A stretch of 32,000 nt of DNA from Bdellovibrionales bacterium (GTDB taxonomy: Bacteria; Bdellovibrionota; Bdellovibrionia; Bdellovibrionales; UBA1609). The position numbers and the translations under genes were made by a program. Below, in pieces: positions 18,111 to 26,722 of this stretch. The stretch covers positions 360,001-392,000 of the forward strand of contig OY843585.1 of assembly GCA_963692945.1 (NCBI GenBank). The letters run 5' to 3'. Position 1 is the first letter of the stretch. The number at the start of each line of letters is the position of its first letter. Below the pieces are notes generated by a model that searched no databases, was not told the origin of the DNA, and saw nothing but the letters and a program-made list of their open reading frames with translations.

Positions 18111-19046
18111 GTGTTTCAAAACTATCAAAATTTGTTGGATAAAGAAAAACTTCAAGAAGAGCCTAGAGAACTTCGTGAAATTTGTGAAATTATTTTTTCT
18201 AAGGGGAAAAATTTACGATCCAGACTCATATCTCTAGTTAGCTTTTATTTGCAGCTCAAAGATAAAGATACGCAAACTTTATGTCGCATTATAGAGTATA
18301 TCCATAACTCTTCTCTACTTCATGATGATTTTATTGATCACTCTGGTTTTCGTAGAAATCAAAAAACGGCTTGGCTTCAGTTTTCTCCAGAGCAAGCTGT
18401 TTTGGCAGGTGATTATTTGTTGGCACAAGTGAATATTTATCTCTCTCAAGAGGGTAACTTGCCCCTTTTAGAGTTGACGGCTGAATCCATTAAGTCTTTA
18501 GCGAAAGGGGAGTTTTTGCAGAGAGAGCTTTATTTTTTTTGTAAAAAAGATTTGAAAAAAATAAATCAAGTCAGTGAGTATAAAACGGGGAGTTTATTTA
18601 AATGGTGTTTAAAAGCTCCTTTTGTCTTTAAAAAAAGAGAGGATTCTGGTTTGTATGATTTGTTAGACCTTATAGGTTACCATTTGGGATTGCTCTATCA
18701 AAGATTTGATGATTTATTAGATTTTGATAAAGAATCTAATGATGGCAAACCTATTCTTTCAGACTTAAAACAATCTTATTACAATTCTTTTTCTTGTTAT
18801 TTGGTAAAAGACATTGAACCAACTTTAGAGCAAAAATATCAAAATTGTAAGACAATTTCAGAAATCCATGAGATTTTTCCTAATTGGGAAGAAACCTTAA
18901 AAACTTTTCATAAAGACAATCAAGAATTGATTCAAGATACAGAACAAAAGATTGAAAAACTTAAACCTTTTTTAAATCAGGAAGAGCAGCTGTTAATTAA
19001 AGATTTAAAAACGATTCCTTCTTTGCTTTATTGGAGGAAAGGCTAA
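18111..19046 (+). CDS. trans-polyprenyl diphosphate synthase (menaquinone side chain)
   Basis: First and second Asp-rich motifs LLHDDFIDHSGFRRN and RFDDLLDFD. GTG start. Coordinates are taken from the track. Confidence 0.85.
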   Translation: MFQNYQNLLDKEKLQEEPRELREICEIIFSKGKNLRSRLISLVSFYLQLKDKDTQTLCRIIEYIHNSSLLHDDFIDHSGFRRNQKTAWLQFSPEQAVLAGDYLLAQVNIYLSQEGNLPLLELTAESIKSLAKGEFLQRELYFFCKKDLKKINQVSEYKTGSLFKWCLKAPFVFKKREDSGLYDLLDLIGYHLGLLYQRFDDLLDFDKESNDGKPILSDLKQSYYNSFSCYLVKDIEPTLEQKYQNCKTISEIHEIFPNWEETLKTFHKDNQELIQDTEQKIEKLKPFLNQEEQLLIKDLKTIPSLLYWRKG

Positions 19047-19052
19047 TTTAAA

Positions 19053-19772
19053 GTGATAGATAAAGGTCTTTTGAGTAAGATTTCTCTTCCTCCTCAATGG
19101 AGCTTGGAGGTCAAAGAAGAAGACTTATATCTTCATACAGGAGAAGGCCGTCCCTTCACCTTAGATTTTTCTAAGCTTAAAAATCTTTCAAAAAATCAAC
19201 CTTTAGCAAAGGCTGTTGGAGTAAAAAGTGGTAAAAGGTTGAGGGTTTTAGATGTGACAGCAGGCTGGGGAAAGGATGCTTTTTTATTGGCCAGTTTATC
19301 TTGTGATGTCATTGCTATAGAATCTCATCCACTGGTTTTTATTTTTTTAAAGGCGGCTTTATCTAAGAGAGATCTTAAAACTCCAAAATCTTTACAATTT
19401 ATACTTGATAATAGTTTAAATTACTTGAAAAATATGAAAAGTGAGGAAAAACCAGAAGTGATTTATATGGACCCTATGTTTGCAAGTGATAAAAAATCTT
19501 TAAGCCATAAACCTTTGAGAGTGTTAAAGACACTGGTTGGAGAATCCAACCAGTCAGAGACTTTTCAGTCGGAGACTTTCCAGTCAGAAACTTTTCAGTC
19601 GGAAACTTTATTTAAACAGGCTCTTGGAAAATCTCTCAATCGTATTGTGGTAAAAAGACATAAGCATCAAAAATCAATGCCTTTTGCTCCTTTAATGTGT
19701 ACTTTTTCAGGACGCTCCGTTTGTTATGATGTTTTTTCTACGCAAAGGAAAAAAGGACAGACATTATGTTAG
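19053..19772 (+). CDS. rsmJ: 16S rRNA (guanine1516-N2)-methyltransferase RsmJ
   Basis: Collinear with E. coli RsmJ/YhiQ as recalled: AKAVG(I/V)K, VLDVTAGWGKDAFLLASL, VIYMDPMF and IVVKR. It carries an inserted SETFQ repeat. Confidence 0.85.
   Translation: MIDKGLLSKISLPPQWSLEVKEEDLYLHTGEGRPFTLDFSKLKNLSKNQPLAKAVGVKSGKRLRVLDVTAGWGKDAFLLASLSCDVIAIESHPLVFIFLKAALSKRDLKTPKSLQFILDNSLNYLKNMKSEEKPEVIYMDPMFASDKKSLSHKPLRVLKTLVGESNQSETFQSETFQSETFQSETLFKQALGKSLNRIVVKRHKHQKSMPFAPLMCTFSGRSVCYDVFSTQRKKGQTLC
19551..19610 (+). repeat. 4 x 15-bp tandem repeat encoding QSETF x4 within rsmJ
   Basis: The units are CAGTCAGAGACTTTT, CAGTCGGAGACTTTC, CAGTCAGAAACTTTT and CAGTCGGAAACTTTA. Differences among the first three are all synonymous. 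Confidence 0.9.
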
Positions 19773-20662
19773 ACAATTCATCAGATGTTTTATTATCTAA
19801 GATAAAATCTCTTGAGACACAGATTAAAGACCGAGAGAATCTTCTCAATAAATATAAAGAAGCTTTAAATTTTTCTAATAACCGTATAGAAAAAGTAGCT
19901 AAAAATATTGAAGAAGGATTGTCTCTTATTTCAGGGATTCATAAACACTTACTTCCTGTTGATCTTCCAGATATTCCTTACTTTGAATTTAGTTATAAAT
20001 TTTTACCAACATCTAATGGTGTGAGTGGAGATTTTTTTGATGTTGTTAAAATTAGAGATAGTTTAAAATTTGGAATCATTCTTTCAAGTTGCAATACTTA
20101 TGCAATGGCGGCTTTATTTATATCTTCTTTTTTAAAATCATCTCAACATTTACAAGATTTTAAAACTTCAAAAGATTTTGTATCTTATGTTTCTGAGCAT
20201 TTATCAAAATCTTTTTCTGACATAGAAAAGATTGATTTATTTTATGGAGTCATTGATCGTAAACACTTTACTTTGGATTATTGTCTGATTGGAGATGTAT
20301 TTGCTGGTTTTAAAAAAACAGGGGGAGAGTATCAAATTTTAAAACCCTGTTCTAAAAATCTAGCCGAAAAAGAATCTTTTAAAAATGAGACAATATCTCT
20401 TGATGCTAAAGATACTTTTTTATTTTGTTCTTCTGGTGTAAAGACAAATAAAAATTCAAACAATGAAGAATTTGGAGTTTCTAATATTTTAAAAGCAGCT
20501 TATAAAGAGGAAGAAAAAGGAGTGCTGGGGATTCGGCAAAACGTGCTTTTTCAATGCAATCAGTTTAATAAGAATATAGAATCTCCTAAAGATAAGACGG
20601 TTTTGGTTATGGAAGTTAAAGATAGAATTTTAAGATTAAAAAAACCACCGACGACCTCTTAA
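19766..20662 (+). CDS. PP2C/SpoIIE-family phosphatase-like protein with N-terminal coiled coil
   Basis: The GVSGDFFDV motif and overall spacing resemble RsbU/SpoIIE domains. Other metal-binding motifs look degenerate (see findings). It overlaps the rsmJ stop by 7 nt. Confidence 0.6.
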   Translation: MLDNSSDVLLSKIKSLETQIKDRENLLNKYKEALNFSNNRIEKVAKNIEEGLSLISGIHKHLLPVDLPDIPYFEFSYKFLPTSNGVSGDFFDVVKIRDSLKFGIILSSCNTYAMAALFISSFLKSSQHLQDFKTSKDFVSYVSEHLSKSFSDIEKIDLFYGVIDRKHFTLDYCLIGDVFAGFKKTGGEYQILKPCSKNLAEKESFKNETISLDAKDTFLFCSSGVKTNKNSNNEEFGVSNILKAAYKEEEKGVLGIRQNVLFQCNQFNKNIESPKDKTVLVMEVKDRILRLKKPPTTS

Positions 20663-20680
20663 GTGAAGGGCGATAGGGTC

Positions 20681-21361
20681 ATGGTTAGAGAATCTACACT
20701 TAATAAAAAAAAACGATTAGAAAAGATCATTGCCAAGTTAAAAAAAAATTATCCTGATGCAAAATGTGCACTTCATTTTAATACTAAACTGGAACTTTTA
20801 ATAGCGACTCAACTCAGTGCTCAATGTACAGATAAAAGAGTCAATCAAGTTACAAAAGACTTATTTAAAAAGTATAAGACAGCAAAAGATTATGCGGAAG
20901 CTCCTATTAAAAAATTGGAAACAGCTGTGAAGTCCACTGGATTTTTTAGGAATAAGGCACGTAATATAAAAAAATCTTGTACCGAAATTGATAAAAAATA
21001 TTGTGGTAAGGTTCCAAAAGACTTTGATCAATTGGTTCAGTTAGCCGGAGTGGGAAGAAAAACAGCTCATGTTGTTATGGGAAATGGATTTAATATACCA
21101 TCTGGTGTGGTGGTGGACACTCATGTTAAAAGACTTTCAAATAGAATGGGATTGGTAAATACCGCTAATGTTTTTCATATTGAACAAAAATTGGAAGCCT
21201 TAGTCTCTAAAAAGTATTGGATTTTATTTTCTCATTGGCTTATAGAGCATGGTCGGAGTGTATGTTCCGCTCGTCGTCCTCATTGTGGTTTGTGTTTTTT
21301 AGTGGATATTTGTCCTAGAAAAGGTGTTTCTTTGAAAGGAATGGATGATAAAAAAAACTAG
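20681..21361 (+). CDS. nth: endonuclease III
   Basis: I prefer the ATG at 20681 to the GTG at 20663. HhH-GPD region LVQLAGVGRKTAHVV, a catalytic Lys/Asp context and the Fe-S cluster CSARRPHCGLCFLVDIC. Confidence 0.93.
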   Translation: MVRESTLNKKKRLEKIIAKLKKNYPDAKCALHFNTKLELLIATQLSAQCTDKRVNQVTKDLFKKYKTAKDYAEAPIKKLETAVKSTGFFRNKARNIKKSCTEIDKKYCGKVPKDFDQLVQLAGVGRKTAHVVMGNGFNIPSGVVVDTHVKRLSNRMGLVNTANVFHIEQKLEALVSKKYWILFSHWLIEHGRSVCSARRPHCGLCFLVDICPRKGVSLKGMDDKKN

Positions 21362-22349
21362 TTACCTGTTTCTTTTTGTTTTTCTATTCCTCTTTTTTAT
21401 TTATTTGATTTGGAATAGAAACTTTTCTTCTCCTCAAAAAAAAAGTATCAAAATTTTAACTTATTCTTCTTTTGCTGGTCTGTATGGAGCTGGAAGGTTT
21501 TTACAAGCTGAGTTTGAAAAAAACTGTGATTGTAAAGTAGAGTGGTTTCTTGCTGAAGATTCAACCACCTTGTTGCAAAGGCTTCATATCTATCCAGCTA
21601 TAGATGTTGTGATTGGTTTTGATCAACTGAGTATAATGAATCAAGGGATGTATAAATTGCAATGGGAGAAATTATCATTTATTAAAAAGCCTTTCTATGA
21701 AGAAGCTAGGAAATGGCGAGGAGATTTTTGGATACCTATAGATTGGGCTCCTATTGGATTTATTTTTAAAAATTCTGAGGAAAATATAAAAGAGTTAAAA
21801 AAATTACATCATGTGAAGAATAAAATATCTTTTCCTGAACCTGTATCTAGCACTTTAGGTCTTCAATTTTATTATTGGATTTATGAAGTTTTTTCAGGAG
21901 ATGTCCATCGTATAAAAGTCTTTTTAAATCAAATGAAAAATAAAATTTATGGCCCTGTTTTCTCTTGGTCTTTGGCTTATGGTTATTTTCAAAAAGGTCG
22001 GGTTTCCATGAGTCTTTCCTATCTAACCTCTCTTATGTATCATATCAAAGAGGAGCAAAATTCTTCCTATAAGTTTTCTTATTTTCAAGAAGGGCATCCT
22101 TATCAGGTGGAATTTGCGGCTGTTCCTAAATCTTGTGAAAATTGTTTATTGGCTTTTCAGTTTATCAAGTTTTTACTTTCTCCTGCATCTCAAACACTGA
22201 TTAGAGATAAACATTATATGTTGTCAGTCCTAAAAAATAAGAATCAGTCTTTTTTAAAAAAACCAACTTTAATTTCTTACGATAGACTTGATGAGTTTAT
22301 GAAAAATAAAGATTCTCTTTTAAAAATTTGGAAGGAAAGTCTCTATTGA
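21345..22349 (+). CDS. thiB: thiamine ABC transporter substrate-binding protein
   Basis: Collinear with E. coli ThiB/TbpA as recalled: TYSSFA, FEKNCDCKVEW, SLSYLTSLMYHI, FQEGHPYQVEFAAV and FLLSPASQ. N-terminal hydrophobic anchor. It overlaps nth by 17 nt. Confidence 0.85.
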   Translation: MIKKTSYLFLFVFLFLFFIYLIWNRNFSSPQKKSIKILTYSSFAGLYGAGRFLQAEFEKNCDCKVEWFLAEDSTTLLQRLHIYPAIDVVIGFDQLSIMNQGMYKLQWEKLSFIKKPFYEEARKWRGDFWIPIDWAPIGFIFKNSEENIKELKKLHHVKNKISFPEPVSSTLGLQFYYWIYEVFSGDVHRIKVFLNQMKNKIYGPVFSWSLAYGYFQKGRVSMSLSYLTSLMYHIKEEQNSSYKFSYFQEGHPYQVEFAAVPKSCENCLLAFQFIKFLLSPASQTLIRDKHYMLSVLKNKNQSFLKKPTLISYDRLDEFMKNKDSLLKIWKESLY

Positions 22350-23836
22350 AAATAAGATTTTTTTCAAAGGATGTTGTTTTTCATTTGCCAGCCGCTTTGA
22401 TAAGCCTTCTCTTATTAGCTCCCTTAGTTCTTTTTTTATTTCAATTTGATAGTTTGTCTTTTCCAAAAGACAGTGAGTTTTTATCTGTTATTGGTTGGAC
22501 TTTTTTTCAAGCTATAGTCTCCACTTGTATTATTTTATTCCTATCTCTTTTAGGTGCAAGAGGTTTAGTGGCTTTATCTTTTAAAAAATATTATTTTTTT
22601 ATAGAGGCTTTTGTTATTATGCCTGGACTTCTCCCTCCTTTGATACTTGTTACATCCGTTACTCATTTTATTGAATTTTTTAGTCCTTTTCCTTTTGGTT
22701 TGAGAGCTCTTATTTTTTTCCAAGTGTTCACTTATACGGGTCTTTGTTCTGTTGTTTTTAGTCGCATTTTTAAAAATGAAATTGTTTTGTTGAGTGAGTG
22801 GGCTTATGTTCATGGGTTGTCTTCTTGGAAATTTTTAAAACATATTAGTCAAACTGTTTTAAAAAAGGATTTGAAAGTTCTTATGACTCTTGTTTTTGTA
22901 AGTGTTTTTACAAGTTTAAGTTTACCACTTTTAACAGCAGGAGGTCAGGCTATCAGCTTAGAGTTTTTTATTTATGAAAAATTAAAAAATCCAGATTTAT
23001 GGCCTATTGCAAGTGCTTTAATTTTAATTCAAACTCTCATTGTTTTCTTTATATACATACAAGCCTTTTCTTATCCGCTTGCTTCTTCTTTTCATTTTCA
23101 TTCTGGAAAAATTTATTTAATTCCTAACAAAAACTTTCTTTTGATTCCTCTTTTACCAAGTGTCATTTCTTTATTCGGTTTATTTTTTATTTCTGATTTT
23201 AAAAAGAATCTCTATCAATTTTTAGAATTGAGTCCTATTCTTTGGGAGGCTTTTCTTTCAACTCTTTGGATTGGGTTAGGTGTGGGCTCGTTGGTTTTAT
23301 TTTTTCTTACGATGATGTCTCTTTCTTTTCAAAGTTTAATTTTTCGTAAATTTGTAGTGGCTTATATGTATCCAGGAGTGACTCTTTTGGGATTTGTTTG
23401 TTTAACAATTCCTTTTTATAGTAAGGAAGGAGTGTTGCTAAAATGGATTATAGGGCTGTCTTTATTGTTATTTCCCATCGTTTATCGGTTGCGAGGTGAG
23501 TTGATGTTGGAAAAATTAAAAGATCAAGTTGAGGTTGTTCGGCTTTTAGGTGGAAAGTGGTTTTTTATTTTTCGCAAAATTTTATGGCCTCAAAGTCGTA
23601 GTATTTTTTTTCTTTGTTCTGGAATTGCTGCTTTTTTGGCTTGTGGAGATTTTGCTTATAGTTTAATAGTTTCTCAAGGTCATTGGAACTTAGCCTTATT
23701 CACTTATGATTTGTTTTCTTCTTACCGTTTAGATTTAGCGGTTTTAGGAAGTTGGGTGTTGTTGTTTTTGAGTTTTCTTGTTTTACTTTTTTGGGTAGGA
23801 GTGGCTTTTGTCTTTGATAAAAAACTTAACTTATAA
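22328..23836 (+). CDS. thiP: thiamine ABC transporter permease (two fused MetI-like domains)
   Basis: 502-aa polytopic membrane protein between thiB and thiQ. The start is uncertain (TTG at 22328 or 22346). Confidence 0.8.
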   Translation: MEGKSLLKIRFFSKDVVFHLPAALISLLLLAPLVLFLFQFDSLSFPKDSEFLSVIGWTFFQAIVSTCIILFLSLLGARGLVALSFKKYYFFIEAFVIMPGLLPPLILVTSVTHFIEFFSPFPFGLRALIFFQVFTYTGLCSVVFSRIFKNEIVLLSEWAYVHGLSSWKFLKHISQTVLKKDLKVLMTLVFVSVFTSLSLPLLTAGGQAISLEFFIYEKLKNPDLWPIASALILIQTLIVFFIYIQAFSYPLASSFHFHSGKIYLIPNKNFLLIPLLPSVISLFGLFFISDFKKNLYQFLELSPILWEAFLSTLWIGLGVGSLVLFFLTMMSLSFQSLIFRKFVVAYMYPGVTLLGFVCLTIPFYSKEGVLLKWIIGLSLLLFPIVYRLRGELMLEKLKDQVEVVRLLGGKWFFIFRKILWPQSRSIFFLCSGIAAFLACGDFAYSLIVSQGHWNLALFTYDLFSSYRLDLAVLGSWVLLFLSFLVLLFWVGVAFVFDKKLNL

Positions 23837-24443
23837 AATTAAAGATTTTTCTATTGATATTCCTAAATGGTCTTTTGTTGAAGAAAACATCACGGTTCTT
23901 TCTGGGGTTTCAGGAAGTGGGAAAACAAGTGTTTTAAAAATTTTGTGTGGTCTTCTTTCTTGTCCTTCTTTAATTTGGGAATTTAAGGGAAAGGATTTGG
24001 CAAAAATTCCTCCTCCTGAAAGACGATTGGGAGTTTCCTTTCAAGATTTAAGATTGTTTCCTCACTTGTCTGTTAAAGAAAATATTTTAATGGCAGGGGA
24101 AGCCAGAGGTTACCGTTTTTCTTCTATGGAGAAAGATTTTAAAGAGATCATTTCTATTTTGCAAATTGAGAATAAATTGTCTTCTTTTGTGAATCAACTC
24201 TCGGGTGGGGAACGACAAAGGGTTGCTTTGGCTAGAGCCTTATTGTCTCAACCACAGTTTTTACTATTGGATGAACCATTCACCCATTTAGATGAAAAGA
24301 ACAAAAAAGAAGCTCGTTTCTTAACAAAAAAAATTATTAAAACAAGAGGTTTAGGTGCTTTGTTGATAAGTCATGACTTAGAAGATGTCAAAGAATTAGC
24401 GGATGAGGTATTTATCTTAGAGAAAGGTCGTTTAACAAGTTGA
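23808..24443 (+). CDS. thiQ: thiamine ABC transporter ATP-binding protein
   Basis: Walker A GVSGSGKTS, signature LSGGERQRVALARAL and Walker B LLLDEPF. TTG start overlapping the thiP end. Confidence 0.85.
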   Translation: MSLIKNLTYKIKDFSIDIPKWSFVEENITVLSGVSGSGKTSVLKILCGLLSCPSLIWEFKGKDLAKIPPPERRLGVSFQDLRLFPHLSVKENILMAGEARGYRFSSMEKDFKEIISILQIENKLSSFVNQLSGGERQRVALARALLSQPQFLLLDEPFTHLDEKNKKEARFLTKKIIKTRGLGALLISHDLEDVKELADEVFILEKGRLTS

Positions 24444-24474
24444 CCCTTATTCTTTGTCTAGGTAATTAAAACTT

Positions 24475-26478
24475 ATGGAGATTATTTCTATAAAAAATTC
24501 ATTGGCTTGTCCTTCTTCAAAAGAGCCTTCTTTTTCAGTCCGTTTGAAGAGTGCATCGGGAGAAGCATTTACTTTAGCAGATCCAAAAGCAACAAGAGCT
24601 CTTTTAGCCTGTATGAATATGGAAGCTGTTTTAGGTGGAGCGGCCAGTCACTGGGGAGGTCCAGCGGCTTTTGCAGAAATTATGTCTGCTCTTTATGGAT
24701 TGGTTTTTGCTGAAGCTCAAAAAAAGAATCAAAAATGGTATGAGAGATTTCATCTTATCAATGATGCTGGTCATTGTGAAAATGGTCTCTATGCCTTAAA
24801 AGCGAATTATCAAATGGCCCATTTGAGTTTGGAAGATTTAAAGAAATTTAGATCTGTAAAAAGTTTTTTGACAGGACATGGGGAAGCTCATTTGTTTCCA
24901 GAAGGAGTTTATTTAAGTAATGGTCCTTTAGGCTCTACAGTGGCTCAAGCTCAAGGTTTGGCTATGGCCGATAAACTTTTAAACAAGGAAAGAATGTGCA
25001 TCGTGACTCTCAGTGATGGGGCTTGTATGGAGGGGGAAGTTAAAGAAAGTTTTGCAGCTCTACCGGGCTTTGCGAAAAAAAATCAAGTGAATCCTTTTTT
25101 ATTAATTATTAGTGATAATAATACAAAACTCAGTGGTCGTATTGATAAGGATAGTTTTTCTTTAGAACCGACTTTTGAAAGTTTAAAAAGTTTAGGTTGG
25201 GATTTACAAGTAGTTCCTAAAGGTAACGATTTGGAGTCTGTTTTTTATGCTTTAGAGCAAGCCTTACAAAAAACATGGAACAACCCTCAAACTCCTTTAG
25301 CTCTTGTGGTGAAAACCTGTAAGGGGTTTGGAGTGAAATCTACTATGGAATCCGCTTCAGGTGGTCATGGATTTCCTTTAAAAAAACCAGAAGAGTTAAA
25401 ACCTTTTTTAGAAGAGATTTACGAGGGAGGAGTGATTCCTTCTCCTCTATTAAAATGGTGTGAGGAATTGCAATTCAAAAAGAAATCCACAAAAAGCAAT
25501 TCTTCTTTTGTAAAAGTTCAATCCGGAGTGAATAAGGCTTTGATAGAAGAAAAGCAAAAAGGGAAACCTCTTGTCTCTATCAGTTCTGATCTTTATGGTT
25601 CAACAGGAGTTGGAGATTTTAGAAAAACTTTTCCAGAAAGTTCCTTTGATGTTGGAGTGGCTGAAGCCAATATGGTGAGTGTGGCTGTTGGGTTTTCTAA
25701 GCAAGGATTTATTCCTGTTGTAGATACTTTTGCACAGTTTGCTATCACAAAAGGGTCTTTACCTCTTATAATGTCTGCTCTTTCTCAAGCTCCCATTCTT
25801 GGTGTTTTCTCTCATGCTGGTTTTCAAGATGCTGCGGATGGAGCCTCTCACCAAGCTCTTTCTTATATTGCAAAAACTTTTTCTCTCCCTCATACAGAGG
25901 TTTATAATTTAAGTTGTGCCGATGAAGCTTATGCTTTTATCTCTCAAGCCGTAGAAGAATTTTACAATCAAAGAAAAAATGGAAAAGTTCCAAATTCAAA
26001 AATTTTTTTTCTAGGCAGGGAAACATTTCCTAAAAAATTAGGAGACTTTTCTGGAGAGTATCAAATTCGGAAACCTCAGCTTTTATTTCAGTATAAAACA
26101 GAGAAAAAACCAGTTTTAGTTGTTGCTACAGGAGCTTTAGTTTATGAAGCCTTACAAGCAGCAGAACAGCTTAAAAAACAAAATCAAGCTGTTGTTGTTA
26201 TCAATAACTCCTCTGTTAGCCATCCTGATATTTCTATTATTTCTCATTGGTTAAAAATTTGTGAAGGACGATTGTTAACAGTGGAGGATCATCAATACAG
26301 AGGAGGAATGTCTTCTCTTCTTGTTTCAGAGCTTGTTAGCCAAGGTGTATCTATAAGTCAGTTTAAAACCCTTAGTGTGAAAGGGGAATTTGGTCGCAGT
26401 GCTTACAATGCAAAAGACCTTTATCAATTATTTGGTTTGGATAGTGTTTCTATTGTAAAAGCGGTTTTAGAGTTTTAA
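24475..26478 (+). CDS. tkt: transketolase (single-chain version of the split N/C type)
   Basis: ThDP motif SDGACMEGE...IISDNN, GGHGFPL, a Pyr domain (GVAEANMVSVAVGF) and a C-terminal domain; 667 aa. Confidence 0.75.
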   Translation: MEIISIKNSLACPSSKEPSFSVRLKSASGEAFTLADPKATRALLACMNMEAVLGGAASHWGGPAAFAEIMSALYGLVFAEAQKKNQKWYERFHLINDAGHCENGLYALKANYQMAHLSLEDLKKFRSVKSFLTGHGEAHLFPEGVYLSNGPLGSTVAQAQGLAMADKLLNKERMCIVTLSDGACMEGEVKESFAALPGFAKKNQVNPFLLIISDNNTKLSGRIDKDSFSLEPTFESLKSLGWDLQVVPKGNDLESVFYALEQALQKTWNNPQTPLALVVKTCKGFGVKSTMESASGGHGFPLKKPEELKPFLEEIYEGGVIPSPLLKWCEELQFKKKSTKSNSSFVKVQSGVNKALIEEKQKGKPLVSISSDLYGSTGVGDFRKTFPESSFDVGVAEANMVSVAVGFSKQGFIPVVDTFAQFAITKGSLPLIMSALSQAPILGVFSHAGFQDAADGASHQALSYIAKTFSLPHTEVYNLSCADEAYAFISQAVEEFYNQRKNGKVPNSKIFFLGRETFPKKLGDFSGEYQIRKPQLLFQYKTEKKPVLVVATGALVYEALQAAEQLKKQNQAVVVINNSSVSHPDISIISHWLKICEGRLLTVEDHQYRGGMSSLLVSELVSQGVSISQFKTLSVKGEFGRSAYNAKDLYQLFGLDSVSIVKAVLEF

Positions 26479-26672
26479 GTTTTATTGTCAGAATGATTCT
26501 CAAGGGATTCTTTTTTCTTGGAATCTGTTTTATCCTCTTCTCCACTGAGACCTTTGCGAAAACCTCGTATGGCTTCCCCAAGAGATTTACCTAATCCAGG
26601 AATTCTTTTTGGACCAAAAAGAAATAAAACAATAGCAAGCACAATAAGTATTTGCCAAAAAGAAGGACTCAT
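26475..26672 (-). CDS. tatA: twin-arginine translocase subunit TatA/E
   Basis: 65 aa. WQILIVLAIVLFLFGPKRIPGLGKSLGEAIRGFRKG is canonical TatA. AAGGAG RBS. A perfect TATAAT (minus strand, about 26718-26723) lies upstream. Confidence 0.9.
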   Translation of the reverse strand: MSPSFWQILIVLAIVLFLFGPKRIPGLGKSLGEAIRGFRKGLSGEEDKTDSKKKESLENHSDNKT

Positions 26673-26722
26673 AAAATTACTCCTTTAATGAAAACATTCC
26701 TAATGTTCTTTTAAGTTATTAT

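Noticed and set aside
18110-18602. By my hand count the GTG start of the polyprenyl synthase falls at 18110, and the A-run near 18599-18602 looks one base longer than the track translation (..SLFKWCLK..) allows. That would imply a frameshift.
   Set aside because: The computed track reports one uninterrupted 311-aa ORF at 18111..19046. I therefore attribute the discrepancy to my own counting of homopolymer runs, not to a pseudogene. A direct translation check would settle it.
21300-21420. Looked for a TPP (THI-box) riboswitch ahead of thiB.
   Set aside because: thiB overlaps nth by 17 nt, so there is no leader. No CUGAGA / ACCUGAUCUGGAUAAUGCCAGCG-like element was seen.
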